A stretch of 64,000 nt of DNA from Lingula anatina (taxonomy: Eukaryota > Animalia > Brachiopoda): positions 33,747,967 through 33,811,966 of the forward strand of contig CM120640.1 in assembly GCA_051362555.1 (NCBI GenBank), given 5' to 3'. Shown here piece by piece: positions 38,904-52,541 of this stretch (its first letter is position 1; each line of letters opens with the position of its first letter). The notes beneath the pieces are model-generated. The model was not told where the DNA came from. It saw only the letters and a list, made by a program, of their open reading frames with translations, and did not search any database. The position numbers and the translations under genes are program-made.

Positions 38904-40435
38904 GGAAAAAAAATCTGAATTCTTTTCTTCTTGGATATATGCATGGCTGACAAGTGCCATTTTACTGCTTTTTTGTAATTAAAAAAGTAAAATGACTGAT
39001 GAAAAACGTGGACTGCATGAAACAGTCTTAATCCATACAGATCTAGGTGCTCTTGTTACTCGAAGCACTGAAATATTTGTCACTTTATATTTTATTTAAA
39101 ACAAATAAGAAAATATACCTATTAAAAGAGAAGAAAACTGAAATAATTTTATAGAAAAACATACTCTTGTTCTTGAATATTTCACTTCCCTTGTAAGTTA
39201 TAAATTAATGTACAAACTAATAAAAAAAGATTATACATGTATATATGAAAAGAAAAGAAGAGATAGGGAAAAAAATCTGTATTCTTGTTCTTGGATATAT
39301 GACATATTAAAAGAACAGATAAAAATGCATAATCTTTTTGTTGGATATGTGCATGGATGACAAGCACCATTTCACTGCTTTCAAATAATTAAAGTAATGA
39401 AAGTGAAATGACCCATCAAAAATATTGCCTTCTACATGTGTGAAACATCTTAATCCATACAGATCTAGCTGCTCTTGTTACTCTAAGCACTGAAATGTTT
39501 TAGTCACTTTATATTTCATTTAAAACAAATAATAAAATATACCTATTAAAAGAAAAGAATAGATAATATTATTTAAGAAAAAAAAAATATTCTTGTTCTT
39601 GGATATTTGACATATTATAATTAGCCCCATACCTCAACTGTCAGACTATAGGATCATGTAATTGTTCCACATCCCCCAGATGCTGCATGTGTACATAAAA
39701 GATGTGTTGGGAGGATGCACATTACAATGCAGTTATTACATCTTATCACACTATAATCTATAATCATACAACAGGGCAGGGGAAGTGAGATGTTCTGTGA
39801 AAAAGGTAAAAAATTCCTAGAATGAATTTTATTGCTCGAGATGTGAATAGACAGACTACCTTACCAATATTTCTATGTTATGACTAAAAAGGACTTCATG
39901 CTTGTTACTCATTAAACACATATTTCTATGAAAATTAAAGAGATATGTTGCAAAGATATAAAAATAACCCTAACCCAAAAACAAGTTACACAAACTTAGT
40001 TGAATACAGTATTTATAAAAGTAAATTTTTCAGGTATAAATAAGGCAAGTTGATATGACCCTAATTTAGGCAGAAAAATTACTAACAATAACACAGGAAC
40101 AAAACTTTCATTTATCACAAGAACCTTCAACACAAACAACAACATTTACAAACAGCCATGAATGCAGTGTTGTCTTTAACTGATATTATGCAGGATTCAA
40201 TATTTTTTTCCAAAAACATGCCCCCCTGAAAGAATTTTTATCCAAAAAGAACTACATGTTGATGTTTTTTTCTTTTAACATGTAAGTTCATCATCTATTT
40301 GTTAAAAAGGTACAAACAAATAGGAAAAAGATGATAGTTATGAAAAGAAAAGAAGAAATAAAAATTCTTCTTCTTGGATATATCACAAATTAAAAGAAAT
40401 AAAAATATCTGTATTCTTGTTCTTGGATATATGCA
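38900..40435. repeat. Degenerate dispersed/tandem repeat 'aaaatctgtattcttgttcttggatatat' downstream of GRDP copy B
   Basis: Motif recurs at about 38910, 39160, 39272, 39330, 39588, 40365 and 40405, and at about 28600, 28652 and 28890 in unit A. Confidence 0.7.
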
Positions 40436-40509
40436 TGGTCAACAAACACTATTTTGCTCAGACTTGACCTCCTACACTTTTTCTAAACCCATTATTTCAA
40501 AAAGAATAG

Positions 40510-43500
40510 CTATCCCCCACATCCCCCACCACATCCCCCACCTCCACCACAAGCTCCACAACCCCCACATGCCCCACACCCACCACACCCACCACAGCCC
40601 CCACACCCTCCACACCCTCCACAAGCCCCACCTTCCTCCCCCCCACAACAGCCAGCACACTGCCCATTGTTAACATGGTTCTTGATGTAGGGGTTGCAAG
40701 GGGTTGTAGTCAAGAAACCCGCAGCAACCAGAAAGGTCAGATCCTGGTAGTCAAGTTCGTATTTTTTGTTGTTTAGTTTGGCTTTTTCTGGTGGTAGGAT
40801 CTCCTGTGAATCAACGGCACTCCTTAGGTAGGGGCGGGGTTGGCACATCACGTGAAGCATGGACACAGAGAAAGCTAGCGCCAGGTGCTCAGCAACATCG
40901 TTAGTCCCTGCACTGATCATGATCTGACTATTCTCCATGTTTACGCTGACATCTCTAACCCTGAAATCAAAAGTTCCAGAAGATGGGACTCGGACAACAG
41001 GTGGCGGACTCTTCTGGCCCTGGACCAAATCATAGCACATGACAGTCAGGTGACCCGGGCGACCACGAGTGCCCCTCACACCAGGAGAACCCCGCACACC
41101 TAGGGTTAAATAATTCAGACATTGCATAACATGTGCAAAATAAAGAAGTTGTTGCTGACAGGATTGGTCAATTAACAAGGAAACAATAGAAAACCACTGG
41201 TCATACGGTATTTATGGTTTTTCCCAGACGAAAAATTTTGAGAATCCTCATGAATACCATGACATATTGTGTACCTGAAGATTAACTGTTAAAAGAATAA
41301 TCATTATTTGTGATATATATCAGTATAATATCATGGTATTCCCTAGAAAATCCCCAAAACTCCTTTTGAGAAGTATAAACTGTATTGCCTGGTGTTGCCA
41401 CTTACCAGGTACTCCTGGAATTCCTTTCACATAACCCTCCCACTTCCCTCTCACTATGGCCCAGTCTCTGCATGCATTCTTGATCAGAATTGCTCTCTGA
41501 GCATTGTACCGGTATTTACCCAGGGTACAATACCCACTTTCACAACTTCCCACCTGGAAAACAGAACTGAAAAACTTGATAAAAGATAACAGTCGAAAAA
41601 TGAAATGCATAATTAATAAATTAGAATAAATCCCATTTATATACAATGTTTAAATAAGTAATTCTTATTTTATTTGCTTTGCAATAACTACAGTTAGAAA
41701 AAAATGCTTGTTAATATCTGCAATCTGTCACACAAACATGCAAACTGGGAAAACATATTACTTTCCTAGTAATTAATTTAACTACTCGAAACTGAAAATA
41801 CCCAATGGGACTTTCCTAGCCTCCAGCTGCACTTAGCTTCACTTAGTACTGTAACTGAACTGTTTTATCCCCCTGACCTGTATTTCGCTTGGTAACTGGT
41901 CGGTGTCAATGAGGTGACCCAAAGCAACCATTTTGTTCTCATAGAACACCTGCACTGCAGACATCAACAGTGATTCACAGTGGATTATACGACAAGTGAA
42001 GCACAGTTTCTCATAATGATTGAATATCCTGAATTAAAAATATATCAATATGTCAGAAATATTACTGGATACTGATAAAAAACTGAAAATGCTATTTACT
42101 GTCAATATCATGCAAACAAACATTTAATAAGAATACATGTACCAGTACAGTGCGTTGACTTTCTATTTTCTTAAAAAATTAGAAAATAAAACAAAATAAA
42201 CAACTAGGTTCTGAGTTACGTAGTAGTTAAAATCACCAATAAAATATAGGTATTGAAGTGGACATTATGCTTCATCTCACCTATGTGATGCTATCACACA
42301 TGTATTCTGTACACCAGAGGGCAGTGAAGTCAGTGGTGTGGGACCCCACATGGACTCTAGGTTCTCTGGCATTACAGCATTAACAAATTTGTCAGCCACT
42401 ACATGTAGGACAGCTGGACCTGGCTGGAGCTGACCAATGTCGATCTCAAGCTGGACCTTCAAATCTTCTGGAAACCTAACATTCAGAGAAAGATGGTGGT
42501 CCTCTACAAGATATGCCAGAGGGTGCTGACTGAGCCCAATCTCCTCCCTGCCACAGCCACACCAATCCCTTGTGGTGTTAATGGCCTGGAGAATAAGGTA
42601 GGGGTGCTTTCCTGTGTCATAGAAAAAATGCTTTGCCTTAAATCTGCCAGGTGGTATTTTCAGTGACACAATGTGCTTGCGTGCTCTCTTGAAGACCTTT
42701 TCTGAGGGTATACTGGGTAAAGGAAGGTTACAGAGGAAAATTTTGACCTTCCCGTCTTGGATGCTAGGTGGGATGTTGATGGCAACAGCCTCTGTGATGG
42801 TGACATGAGTGTGTTTGGAGGTGATACTGCTGACCTGTGTGGCCGTCATGGCAACAAGTTTTCCCTCTGGTGGAGACCCACGGAACATACAGCCAGGTTG
42901 TGCAATGCTTTCACCAAATAAAGCCCGCCAAAGTCTTCTTGTCAGTTTATTTGCTCTGTCAAGCTTGGATCCCTCGCTGCGATCATTAACAGTATCGTCA
43001 TGGTTTAGCATTTTGGTCAAGATGTTGACTGTGTCTCTTTGGTAGATGTGTGGATGTACCTGGTGTGCATGCCAGACAAGGTCAATGTCATAGCAGGGGA
43101 CAAGAAAGGCATCAGGATTTTGTTGTTTCAAATACAAATACATTTTGTAACGCTGAACAGCCTTCTCTAAGAAGGTCCAGGATCTATAATGGGGGAGGGA
43201 TACCTGATAATAGAACACACTCTGCCTTTCAATGGCTGCCTCTAAATTGTAAGAACATTTTGTTTGGTAATCATAGGATGGTGAAATATCATCTGTCAAG
43301 TCCACTGCAAATGGGACATCTGGACCATATTCCTGTATCCAGAAACCTTTGGTCTTCAGCAAACAATCACTTCTCTCTTGGTCACTGAGCAGATGATGGT
43401 GTATGACTGAGTTTACAAGTGCCATGCAATCCTCTCTGTATTTGAGGGGGGACAGCATGTGGCAGTGCCATACCCAGGCAACATCAAGAGGAGCGGCAAT

Positions 43501-43710
43501 CTTTTGGCCTTTGAGCCTTGCAGCAAGTGGCAACCATAATTCCTCATATCGCTGAATGGCACGTCTGACTACAGGTCCACCATATAAGTTTGGGAACTGG
43601 TTCACACGAGCCAGAAAATCAAGTTCAAGCAGAGCAGCTGCCTTCGGGTCAATCCCCAGCTTGAGATTTTGTGCCTTGGCTATTGCATCTGCAAACTTCT
43701 TTGATGACAT
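40510..43710 (-). CDS. Glycine-rich domain-containing protein (GRDP/DUF1399-like), copy B, 772 aa, 4 exons
   Basis: Exons 42281-43710, 41878-42028, 41406-41553, 40510-41099 (2319 nt, in frame). Same intron positions and motifs as copy A, with a longer (CGG)n tail. Confidence 0.9.
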
Positions 43711-43924
43711 CTCGAGTCGGAAGATTTTAGTGGCCTAGAGCTGTACTGGATGCTCTCCTGGAGCAAGAAGAATGCAGTCAGTGTTTGATTAAAATAGTTA
43801 TTTTTGAATTTAAATAACACAAATGAATGCTTCATTTATCAATCCCTTAAAATTGAACAACTGATATATAGAGATATATGTTTACTAGTATATATCTGTA
43901 AGATAAGGGGTTTTGTACTATCTC

Positions 43925-44092
43925 CAGGGGCGGATCCAGAGATATTTTCTGACAGTCTTCCAAATTATTTTTGTTAATCCATCCTCCATTTTTGACCGTC
44001 TTCCGACAGAATATATTAGATACCCGTCAGTGTAAACTTTAAAATCTGACCGTCTTCCGGAAGACCCAGAAGACGGCCTAAATCCGCCCCTG
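43925..44092. mobile_element. MITE with CAGGGGCGGA TIR and 5-bp TSD (hAT5-like)
   Basis: caggggcggat...atccgcccctg flanked by ATCTC on both sides. Absent from the paralogous region of unit A. Confidence 0.85.
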
Positions 44093-44934
44093 ATCTCAGC
44101 CTGTTATGTGAACAGAATTCCATCCCTGACACGTGTTTCATGCCAAAAGTAGGTAGAGATACACTGTATGTAGTTTTCCTCAATGAACCCATATTAAATC
44201 AAAATTCACAAAAGTTCCTCATCCAATTTTGCCTCCCCGAACCTAGTGTATGTAGCACTGTGCACTGCAACGTTGTACTTTTTGAAATAACGTAACTTCT
44301 AAACTTAAAAAAACACCACCTCCAGTTTTGTGCTTGATAAACTCTACAATTTTAAATAAACACGGGATCTCTAGTTTATAAAGTTCCAGAATTAGAAAAA
44401 GTTTTTAGTTTTAGCAATTGATGGCTGCATCTCCTGTGAAAATGGAATGACTGATCGCAATCTCACGAAGATGAAAGAAGACCTTTATTAATTTAACTTC
44501 CCACCATAATAGATACTACTCAAAAAGAACACTTAGAAAAGCAGATATAAAAAAAACATTTACTGGTCTATAACTAAAAACATCACCTTGTCTTAATCTG
44601 GCTGTTTCAAATTGTGAATTCTCATAGGCCTGAAGCCTTACATCCGTTTTACCTGTTGTGCATAATTAAAACTTACGTGTTGAATTTGCTTTTAAGCATA
44701 ATATTATATTTTGACAGTAGTCTATTTTGTGCATCATTATTTTTATCAACTTCAGGTTTTTTGTTCTACAAAGCACCTCTGCAAGGTAAAATGGTATTTC
44801 TTTTATTATGTTACCAAATGGACCAAGTACCGGTACCAGTGCAATGGAACCATTGCATCGTTTGACTCGTGCAAGGTCTCAACTTTATCACATCTATTTC
44901 CTTTGTTGGCATGCCAAGGTCTGTTCTATTAATA

Positions 44935-45347
44935 CAGGGCCGTAGCCTCCGGGGGGGCAGGGGGGGCAGCTGCCCCCCCTGGGATTTGAGGTAAAAAAAA
45001 AAAGCAGGCAGAGGCACGCCTTAGCGGATTGGCTCTCTTGCTTGTCCACAGAGGAAGAAACTTTATTCCTAATCCTGGGACAATCTACGAAATGAAGTCC
45101 AGTGGGCGTGTTGTGTTGAAAAAATGACTGTACTTATGGCAAAATGAACCCACAATTTCTTACTTCTGATTGAGCAATAAATAACAGTTAAAATGCACCA
45201 GAATGCAGTATTATACATACAGTTTTTAAACATTTTTCCACACCCTGGGAGGGGGTGACCCCCTCCCACACCCTCCCCCCTTGGGGGCTTCGCCCCCTCG
45301 TGTCCGCTTACTGCCCCCCCTGGGATTTTGCTCAGGCTACGGCCCTG
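44935..45347. mobile_element. MITE with CAGGGCCGTAGCC TIR and 5-bp TSD (hAT5-like)
   Basis: Perfect 13-bp TIR cagggccgtagcc / ggctacggccctg flanked by TAATA on both sides, with G/C-run subterminal segments. Confidence 0.88.
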
Positions 45348-48300
45348 TAATATCTTATTTCTATCCTTGCAAACCTTGTGTCGTGCACCCTTTGCCTTTT
45401 TATACCTCGTCATGCATGTGCTAAAAAGTTTCTTCATCGTCTTGACCGCCCTTTTGACTTCTTTATTGGGTCAAATAAATGCTGTCACGTGGCACCCCTA
45501 CTCACTTGGTTTTCACCGCTTGAAAGTGGGGTAGGGTGAATAATAACTTTTCTTTTGAAAAAATCCAGAGGAACAAGGAAGACAACAAGCTTTGCAAAAT
45601 ATTTAGACAGAAAATATGACGTTGGATTGTTTTGAAATACAACTAATGAATAAGATGTTTTCATTTGCTTGGCCCTGAGGCTAAAGCCCTATGTGATATC
45701 CAACTTTTCTATTTGAGTAATTTTAAATTATTGTGTCAGATAGAGATCAACATAACATGCGCACCACTTAATATATATATAAGGCGCAGGTTAAACAAAG
45801 TTTGAAATGGTCACGTTTTCTACATCTCTAACATCAAGGAGTTACGACAGAACTCCTCGCTAACACATTTTATACTAAGCAAGCAAAATTAGTAAGGGTG
45901 TAAATTTCACTATTCGATATCGTATAAAGAGAACTTGTGTGCAAAATGTGTTGGAATATACCATTGAAAGACCCTTTCCACTTGTTTTGTAGCCTAGGGT
46001 CTTCTCTCCGGCAACATGTTACAATGGAACGTGCATATACTATATATCAGACCTCTCTCGGAGATACACAGGTGTGATTTATGTCTCTTTGAGGTCATAG
46101 ATCTACTGTAGTAAGTTTTAAGAAAAGGAATTTCCACAACAAGGTCTAAAAATAAAGTACTCTTTTTTCTTTTATAGTACATAATAACATGTACATTGCA
46201 TCTGAATTTTGTACGAGTGTAAGCATGCATTCGCCACCCCCTTCTCCAATCAAAAATAAAACGGTGCCGATTTTACTACGTACTTTGCAGTCACACAAGT
46301 GTTTGAACAGGTGCGAACAAAAAATCCGTAGGATATATCTTATTCACATGTTCAATTGTTTTTACTTCTTCCATGCACTATAGTTTCTAAATGCTGGTAG
46401 ACTAACTAAAAAGAAATAACCTAACATGCTTTAATTCAAACATTTTTTTTCCAAATTTTACCAATATAACCAACCTGGAGATGTAGATAAAGACATAATA
46501 CCTACATCTCTTTAATTTACTCCCCGTCTCAGCGCTGCATTGTTTAAGTGCGCTCTGATAGTTGAAAGTGAACATAAAGAGGATAGATGAATCAGCATAT
46601 GGGACAGATTTATGTTGATGAACGCTGCGCATGACACGCAACTCACCGAGTCGGGGCAGTGATAACAACATCAGCATGCTGTGAGGAGGCACGGAGAGAA
46701 AGGTAAGAGACTTCTCAAATTTGCCTCGTTCATCGTGGATAATGTACGCAAATCCAGTTTTCAACGAGGCTGTAGAATACATTTAAACGTAATATTTCAA
46801 GGGAGATCCGCATTCTTTGGTGGTTCTGGAAGATAGTTAACTTCATGCATATTGCTTTGAGCACTACTACGCATACCTAACCGATGTTTTCAGTTACCCG
46901 GGTTGATGTAAATGTCTGGTTTGAAGACCAAGTGGTCAAAGTGTTTATGGGACCATAACCATATGAAGAAAACATATTATTTGTAATTGCGGGTCGCTCT
47001 TTTCAAAATAGATTTTGACAACTAAAAACTGCTTCTAGTTACTGACTTCGTCCAGAGCAGATTCGAGGCTTTTTTTAAGTATTCATGACATTATTTCATT
47101 AATCAAACTAAGTCACTGGCTTCTTCCACCGCCCATCACGTCTATAACATAACAGTGACTATAGAATATTTAACACGCGTTTTGGTCGACATTATCACTT
47201 AAATAGTATTGCTAATTTTATGGAGTAGCCCAACTCGGCCACAGTTGATGAAATATTCATTTTCGTGACTTGGCATCCACGTTTTAAAACGTGAACGCGA
47301 CAAGATCTCCGTGTTCTTATTACAGCGAAATTATACAGGGAGATTTTGAGATAGCTGGTGTGTTACGTGTTAAATGCCAGGGGTTACTCTATGCATCTGG
47401 ATAATGAATTACAATGAGGCAGGAGGACAAGCGTTCACGTATAACTCGCTTGTAATCCCTTTTCCTGAAAGTGGTCTATCTCTCTTAGCTTTTAAAAATC
47501 TTTTGACTTTTATATATGCTTTTTATTATACATCTGGAAAATGAACTGTCGTTAGCTTTGATACTTTATCTTAATAGGCTGGAATAAAGTACATTCCACT
47601 GGAGAAAAATAGATAATAAAATATTATTTTTTCTTGAGTAACATTCAACTCCTGTCACAGTCAAGGGCTACATTGCGTGCACGCGCTCGTTATATTAAAC
47701 TCACGAGCTTTGAGAAATCACTCAGTGACGTCGCATTAAGGAAATTGGACCTTCAGAGACAAGTCGTGTCATTTTTCTTCGTGCAATTTACATTTGTAGG
47801 AAAATGTTGACAAACATTGCAAAACCCGATAATCATGCACCATCCCCCAAAGTCATTTTTATATTAAGACCCCAATACCTTCTAATCGTGACAAGTTTTG
47901 ACACTAAATTGAAATGATAATATTTAGACAAATCGTCGGGATTCAATGTGAGATTACAAGGACGGAAATTCAAAGAAATGAAAAGATTCAGTTTAATATT
48001 CAGTGAAACCGTAACGATGAACTGTGTTAAGGCAGGTCCCTCACTCCCATATTCATCTAACCTCAGTCTACAGCCACAGACCAAAATAGTCTAATATCCC
48101 TATAGTTTTTTCAAATCGTTTCTGTGACTTAGCAAAAAGTGTTTGCAAAATGCGTCGTAATCCTGCGTATCAACATAGTTTTTTTTCATAGCAAAATGCG
48201 TTGCGTCTGCGACATGCGGCTTTATGCGAAAAACGGGACTGTGCTTTTCCTCCTCTTCATCATTTCTCATGCTTTTCTGATGAATTGGTTCGTATTGCCT

Positions 48301-48578
48301 TGTCAATAATCAAACAAAAGTTTCTTATTTTGTATGTAGGTTTCTCACTACAGTAGTCGGACAAGCCTCATACGATGTAAAACTACAAACGGAATTTTTA
48401 AAAAAGAAAATTGTTATTAATCACTGATTGCATGATCTCTGAATACGGCTCTACGTTATTCCTCTTCTTCATTTTTTCTCCAATCAATCCGTTCCTGTGT
48501 CCTTATCAATAATAAAACAAAATGTTTCTTATTTTGGATATAGGTTTCTCACTGCGGTTGCCGGACAAGCTTCACACG

Positions 48579-50698
48579 ATGGCGACCAACGAAATCCGTA
48601 TTTTACCCCCTCCCCAAGAGCGCACAGCACTGGTCCAGAGACCCGACAGGCGTTTCCCGAACAAGAACACGTATCGCATTGTCGGGGGTGTGCATGTGAC
48701 ATTTGGGATCCTTTGTATTGTGTTGGCCGGATTGGCCATACAACAGCGAGCTCCATGGAGTCACCTCGGGATTGGGCTGTGGGGCGGTGTTTTGGTAAGG
48801 AAAAAAAAAACTACCAGAACTTTACAAGTTGTGTCATTATTGATTAAATATTAAAAATAATTGTAAAACTACATATGGAATATTTAAAAGAGAAAATTGT
48901 TATTAATCACTGATCGTATGATCTGGATTGGGTTAAACTTTAGATGTAGGTATAATTCTTTCTATTTTATGTCCTTTTCAGTTTATCGTAACGGGTTGCT
49001 GTGGGTATTCGGCATCACTTTTGACGAAGAAATATAAGGTATATTATATGATTAATGAAAATATTAAGTTTAAAGTATAACATCACAAGGCCACAAAGCG
49101 CAGGTGTATTAAAATTGTTACAATACATTTCATAATGCCATATCAAATTATCATATCTGGCAAAAGACTAAAAAATCATTATTATTATTATTATTATTAT
49201 TTATTTTATTGATTGATTAATTTATTGTTTGGACCTCCTCAGGTTACTGCCTTCTTGATAATGTCCATTGCCTCGGTGCTAGTTGCGATGCTCACCGTGA
49301 TTCTGTGTGCCCACGGAGCTATTAGGCAGACCGGCGGTCCCGTCTGGATTCACCATGTCTTTGGGCATGACGACGATGTAAGTGAGGCAAACTTTACCCT
49401 TATTTAGTAAGTATGTCAAATCCACGCCACCAAATTAATATACGTGTGGTGCCTATAAATCTTCCCCCCAGGATCAAATCAACAGCTTGAGCTGATTAGC
49501 TCAGGTTTACGCCATACCATAAAACATAATTGTTAAATGTTGCAAATAATTATGTTGGAAAATTGTGAAATCTTTTATAGATTCATCAACAAATTAAGAT
49601 GTTTGACAGTGTGATCAAATGTATTTACGATCTTTTTACTTTTTGTCCTCCTTGTAAATTATTCAAGGGTAGATTAACTTAAAATTGATTCACTGCATCT
49701 TTTAGGGGGAGCATTTCTATCACGCCCAGATTCATGGACCTTCTGTCGACCATCCGAATGAATCGCAGAACCATTCTGTCAATGTGTTCCTGGCAGTTGT
49801 TGGCGGGTGCGAGGCACTTCTCGGCCTGTTCTCAGTCTGCATAGCATACAAACGGAGAACAACCGACAACCCAGGATCAGTGATGCAATCGGTACGTGGT
49901 CCACCAGAATATGTTTCAAGTTTGAAGATGTGTATCATCGCGACAGTGCCGAATAGATACGGTTCGGCTCTGTGGTTTTACATTGTCACCTCTTACACGC
50001 AATAGATTATATGAACAAATGAATATTATTTTCTGAAATTTTACTATATGTATATCATTATTGTATCAAATTTACTAATCCACCAGAATATGTTTTAATG
50101 TTTGTAATATGTTTAAATATATTGTGGCGATAGTGCCGATTAAAGATTAGATCTAGAGCTTCTAGAGTAACCTATTATACGCAATTCATTATGAATATAT
50201 AAATTACATAAATAAATGAATACTATTTGATTAAATTTTTACTTTATAAAATTGTTTAAGTTGGCACTTCTTCATTCTTTCATAGCTGTTTTTCGTTCTC
50301 ATCTCTACAGGGTTCACAGCTGTCTCCATATGTGGTTTATACTGTCCCTGCTTCATCCGCGTTCATCGTGCCACAACCAGGTAATATAATGGAGTAAATA
50401 TTCCTCTCTTCGCAACGCAAGAACTGGATTGGCGTGTTACTGTGCACTGACTATTTTATTTGAACTTTAAGCCTCTGAGTGTTACGTTTAAGCGAGGTAG
50501 TTGTTCTAGATGACCATGTTAAATTCGCTGTGCACGCTATTCACACATACTACATATCTATGAGATAGTGAGAAAGTTTTAGTCTCATGACAAAAGTTAT
50601 TTTGTGTTCACTTTAGGTGTAACAAAGGTCTTCGTGGTGTGTGATGGCTTTACTCTATATTTTTAATGCAGTAATATATTTTTTATTCGATACTTGTT

Positions 50699-50733
<35 letters not shown>

Positions 50734-51149
50734 TTAAGGGGAGAGAACATTGCAGGACAGAGCGATATTTCTTTTTATATTTGATACTGAAATGAACAAA
50801 AGATATATGCTTAATATTTGGTATATAGGCCTATGTAGCTAAAATGTAAGTGTTCACAAATGTCATATTTAGTGAAACGAATGTAATTTTTTCGTCACCA
50901 TTGTACAACAAACTTAAAACTGCATTATTTTCGATTTTAGGTATGTTGATGAATCTGGCTCCAAGCCAGCCTGGCTGTTCTTCCGTGCTCCCCTCGCCCA
51001 CAAATGATTCCCAAGATGCAATGGGCTCCCAGTCCACACCAGGCCTTCCGCCATCTTACAACGAGGCCATATACAAAGTCCCAAGTGGTTCGTCAGAGCC
51101 CTTCGATATTACAAAGTACCAGAATAGCCAAAATGAAAACAAAATTTAG
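48579..51149 (+). CDS. MS4A/CD20-like four-transmembrane protein 1, 290 aa, 6 coding exons
   Basis: Exons 48579-48794, 48982-49038, 49243-49377, 49706-49891, 50311-50380, 50941-51149 (873 nt). TM1 IVGGVHVTFGILCIVLAGLAI; CD20-type G.GLWGGVLFIVTG; TM3 AFLIMSIASVLVAMLTVIL; TM4 FLAVVGGCEALLGLFSVCI; Pro-rich tail with PPSY. Confidence 0.85.
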
Positions 51150-52541
51150 AAAGGCATTATTCATTCTTGGCGTTCGCTTGTTCAAATATGAAATTCAACT
51201 ATACAGTAACCGTATAAATGATGTTAACTATTAAGGATGCTTTTTGTACTATTTTTTTAAAAATCAAATTGCTGGAAATATTTTTGACTAAACATTACGA
51301 AACGTCACGTAAAGAGCATGAAATATTACACACCCTTAAAATTCGAAATTTGTGAATTCTTTTGAAAAGAAATACGCTAAATACTGTTTTTTATTTCGGT
51401 TGCGGGTGCTTAATTTGGTATCTTAATAAAACCAAGTGTTTGGATATCATATCTTGTTCCTTCTTCATTCTTTCCAGAGATAAGATCAATCCAGAAGCTC
51501 TAAGGTAGTCATCGGGCCTCAAATGTCCGGAAGAGCCTGTAAGCAATAAGCAATAATAAAGTTCAGCATTCGTACCAGTCCCCCCCCCCCCCCCCCCCCC
51601 CGGGACCCCCGGCTCCCTTGTGTGAAGGAACTGAGGGTCCATATAACAAAGAGTCTGGCCTCCATTAGGTTCGTACAGATTAGGGTTAGCGTGACGTAAT
51701 TGGGTCAAAATCTAGGACGGGGTTCACCTGTGCAAACCAAAGGAAGCCAAACAATGGGGGACTGGTACGCGATACCGGGGTACCCTCTACCAAGACGACA
51801 GATTTATTTTTCACAATATATTCACAGATGTGTCTTTAGATAAATAGACGGTCGTTTGGTGCTCTGGCTTTTGGAAAATTTACCTAAAATATCTGCCACC
51901 CTGGTGGAGGGTAACACCGGGGCGCTTTGTACAATGTGCAATGTAAAATGTGTGCCTGAGGATGTAAATAATATCTTCATGGCATGCCCAACTGTAAATT
52001 GTTTCCTTGGTTCTGTACCTTTTGAAGTCCCATATCAGGATGGTGAAGTTTTCTCAGGCAAGCCTGATTTGTGTGCAAATCAAGTGCTGTAAATTTCATT
52101 ATAAAACACTACATCTTTACAATAATTAAAAACTACAATTGTGCTAGTTGGGACTAGCAATTGATAACGCAATAATAATTATAGTTATTATTAAAACAGT
52201 TATTTTTAAATAGAAGGAGCACCGGCAAATTTCCATATTGTTAATTTTCAGTTTTATTAAATTGAATCAGTCAAACTGAATCGTCATCCGGATTCTATTC
52301 TCAGCAGGATGTGTATGATGGACGAGAGGGCGACGTTAAAACACAGGAAAAAACCTGCGTGGCAAATCTTTATATTGGAGATATGTTCTGTATTGCAAGG
52401 CAGTGGTGGTTTCTCCAACATATTGAGAATTTAAAACAGTGAGGTCTTCACAATTTTATAATACTCATCCATCAAAGAACACACCCGGGCTATTTCAAAT
52501 CTCAGTCGTCGGAGTTTGTGTAAATTTTATCCCCATGTTCT

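Larger units (their letters stand above)
38341..44900. repeat. Tandem segmental duplication, unit B (GRDP-like gene B and flanks)
   Basis: Colinear homology with 27095-37800 in exons, introns and both flanks. Confidence 0.85.

Noticed and set aside
40374-40673. His/Pro-rich plus-strand ORF (IPHIPHHIPHLHH...)
   Set aside because: It is the antisense shadow of the (TGT GGN GGN)n codons of the GRDP-B tail, with no independent gene structure.
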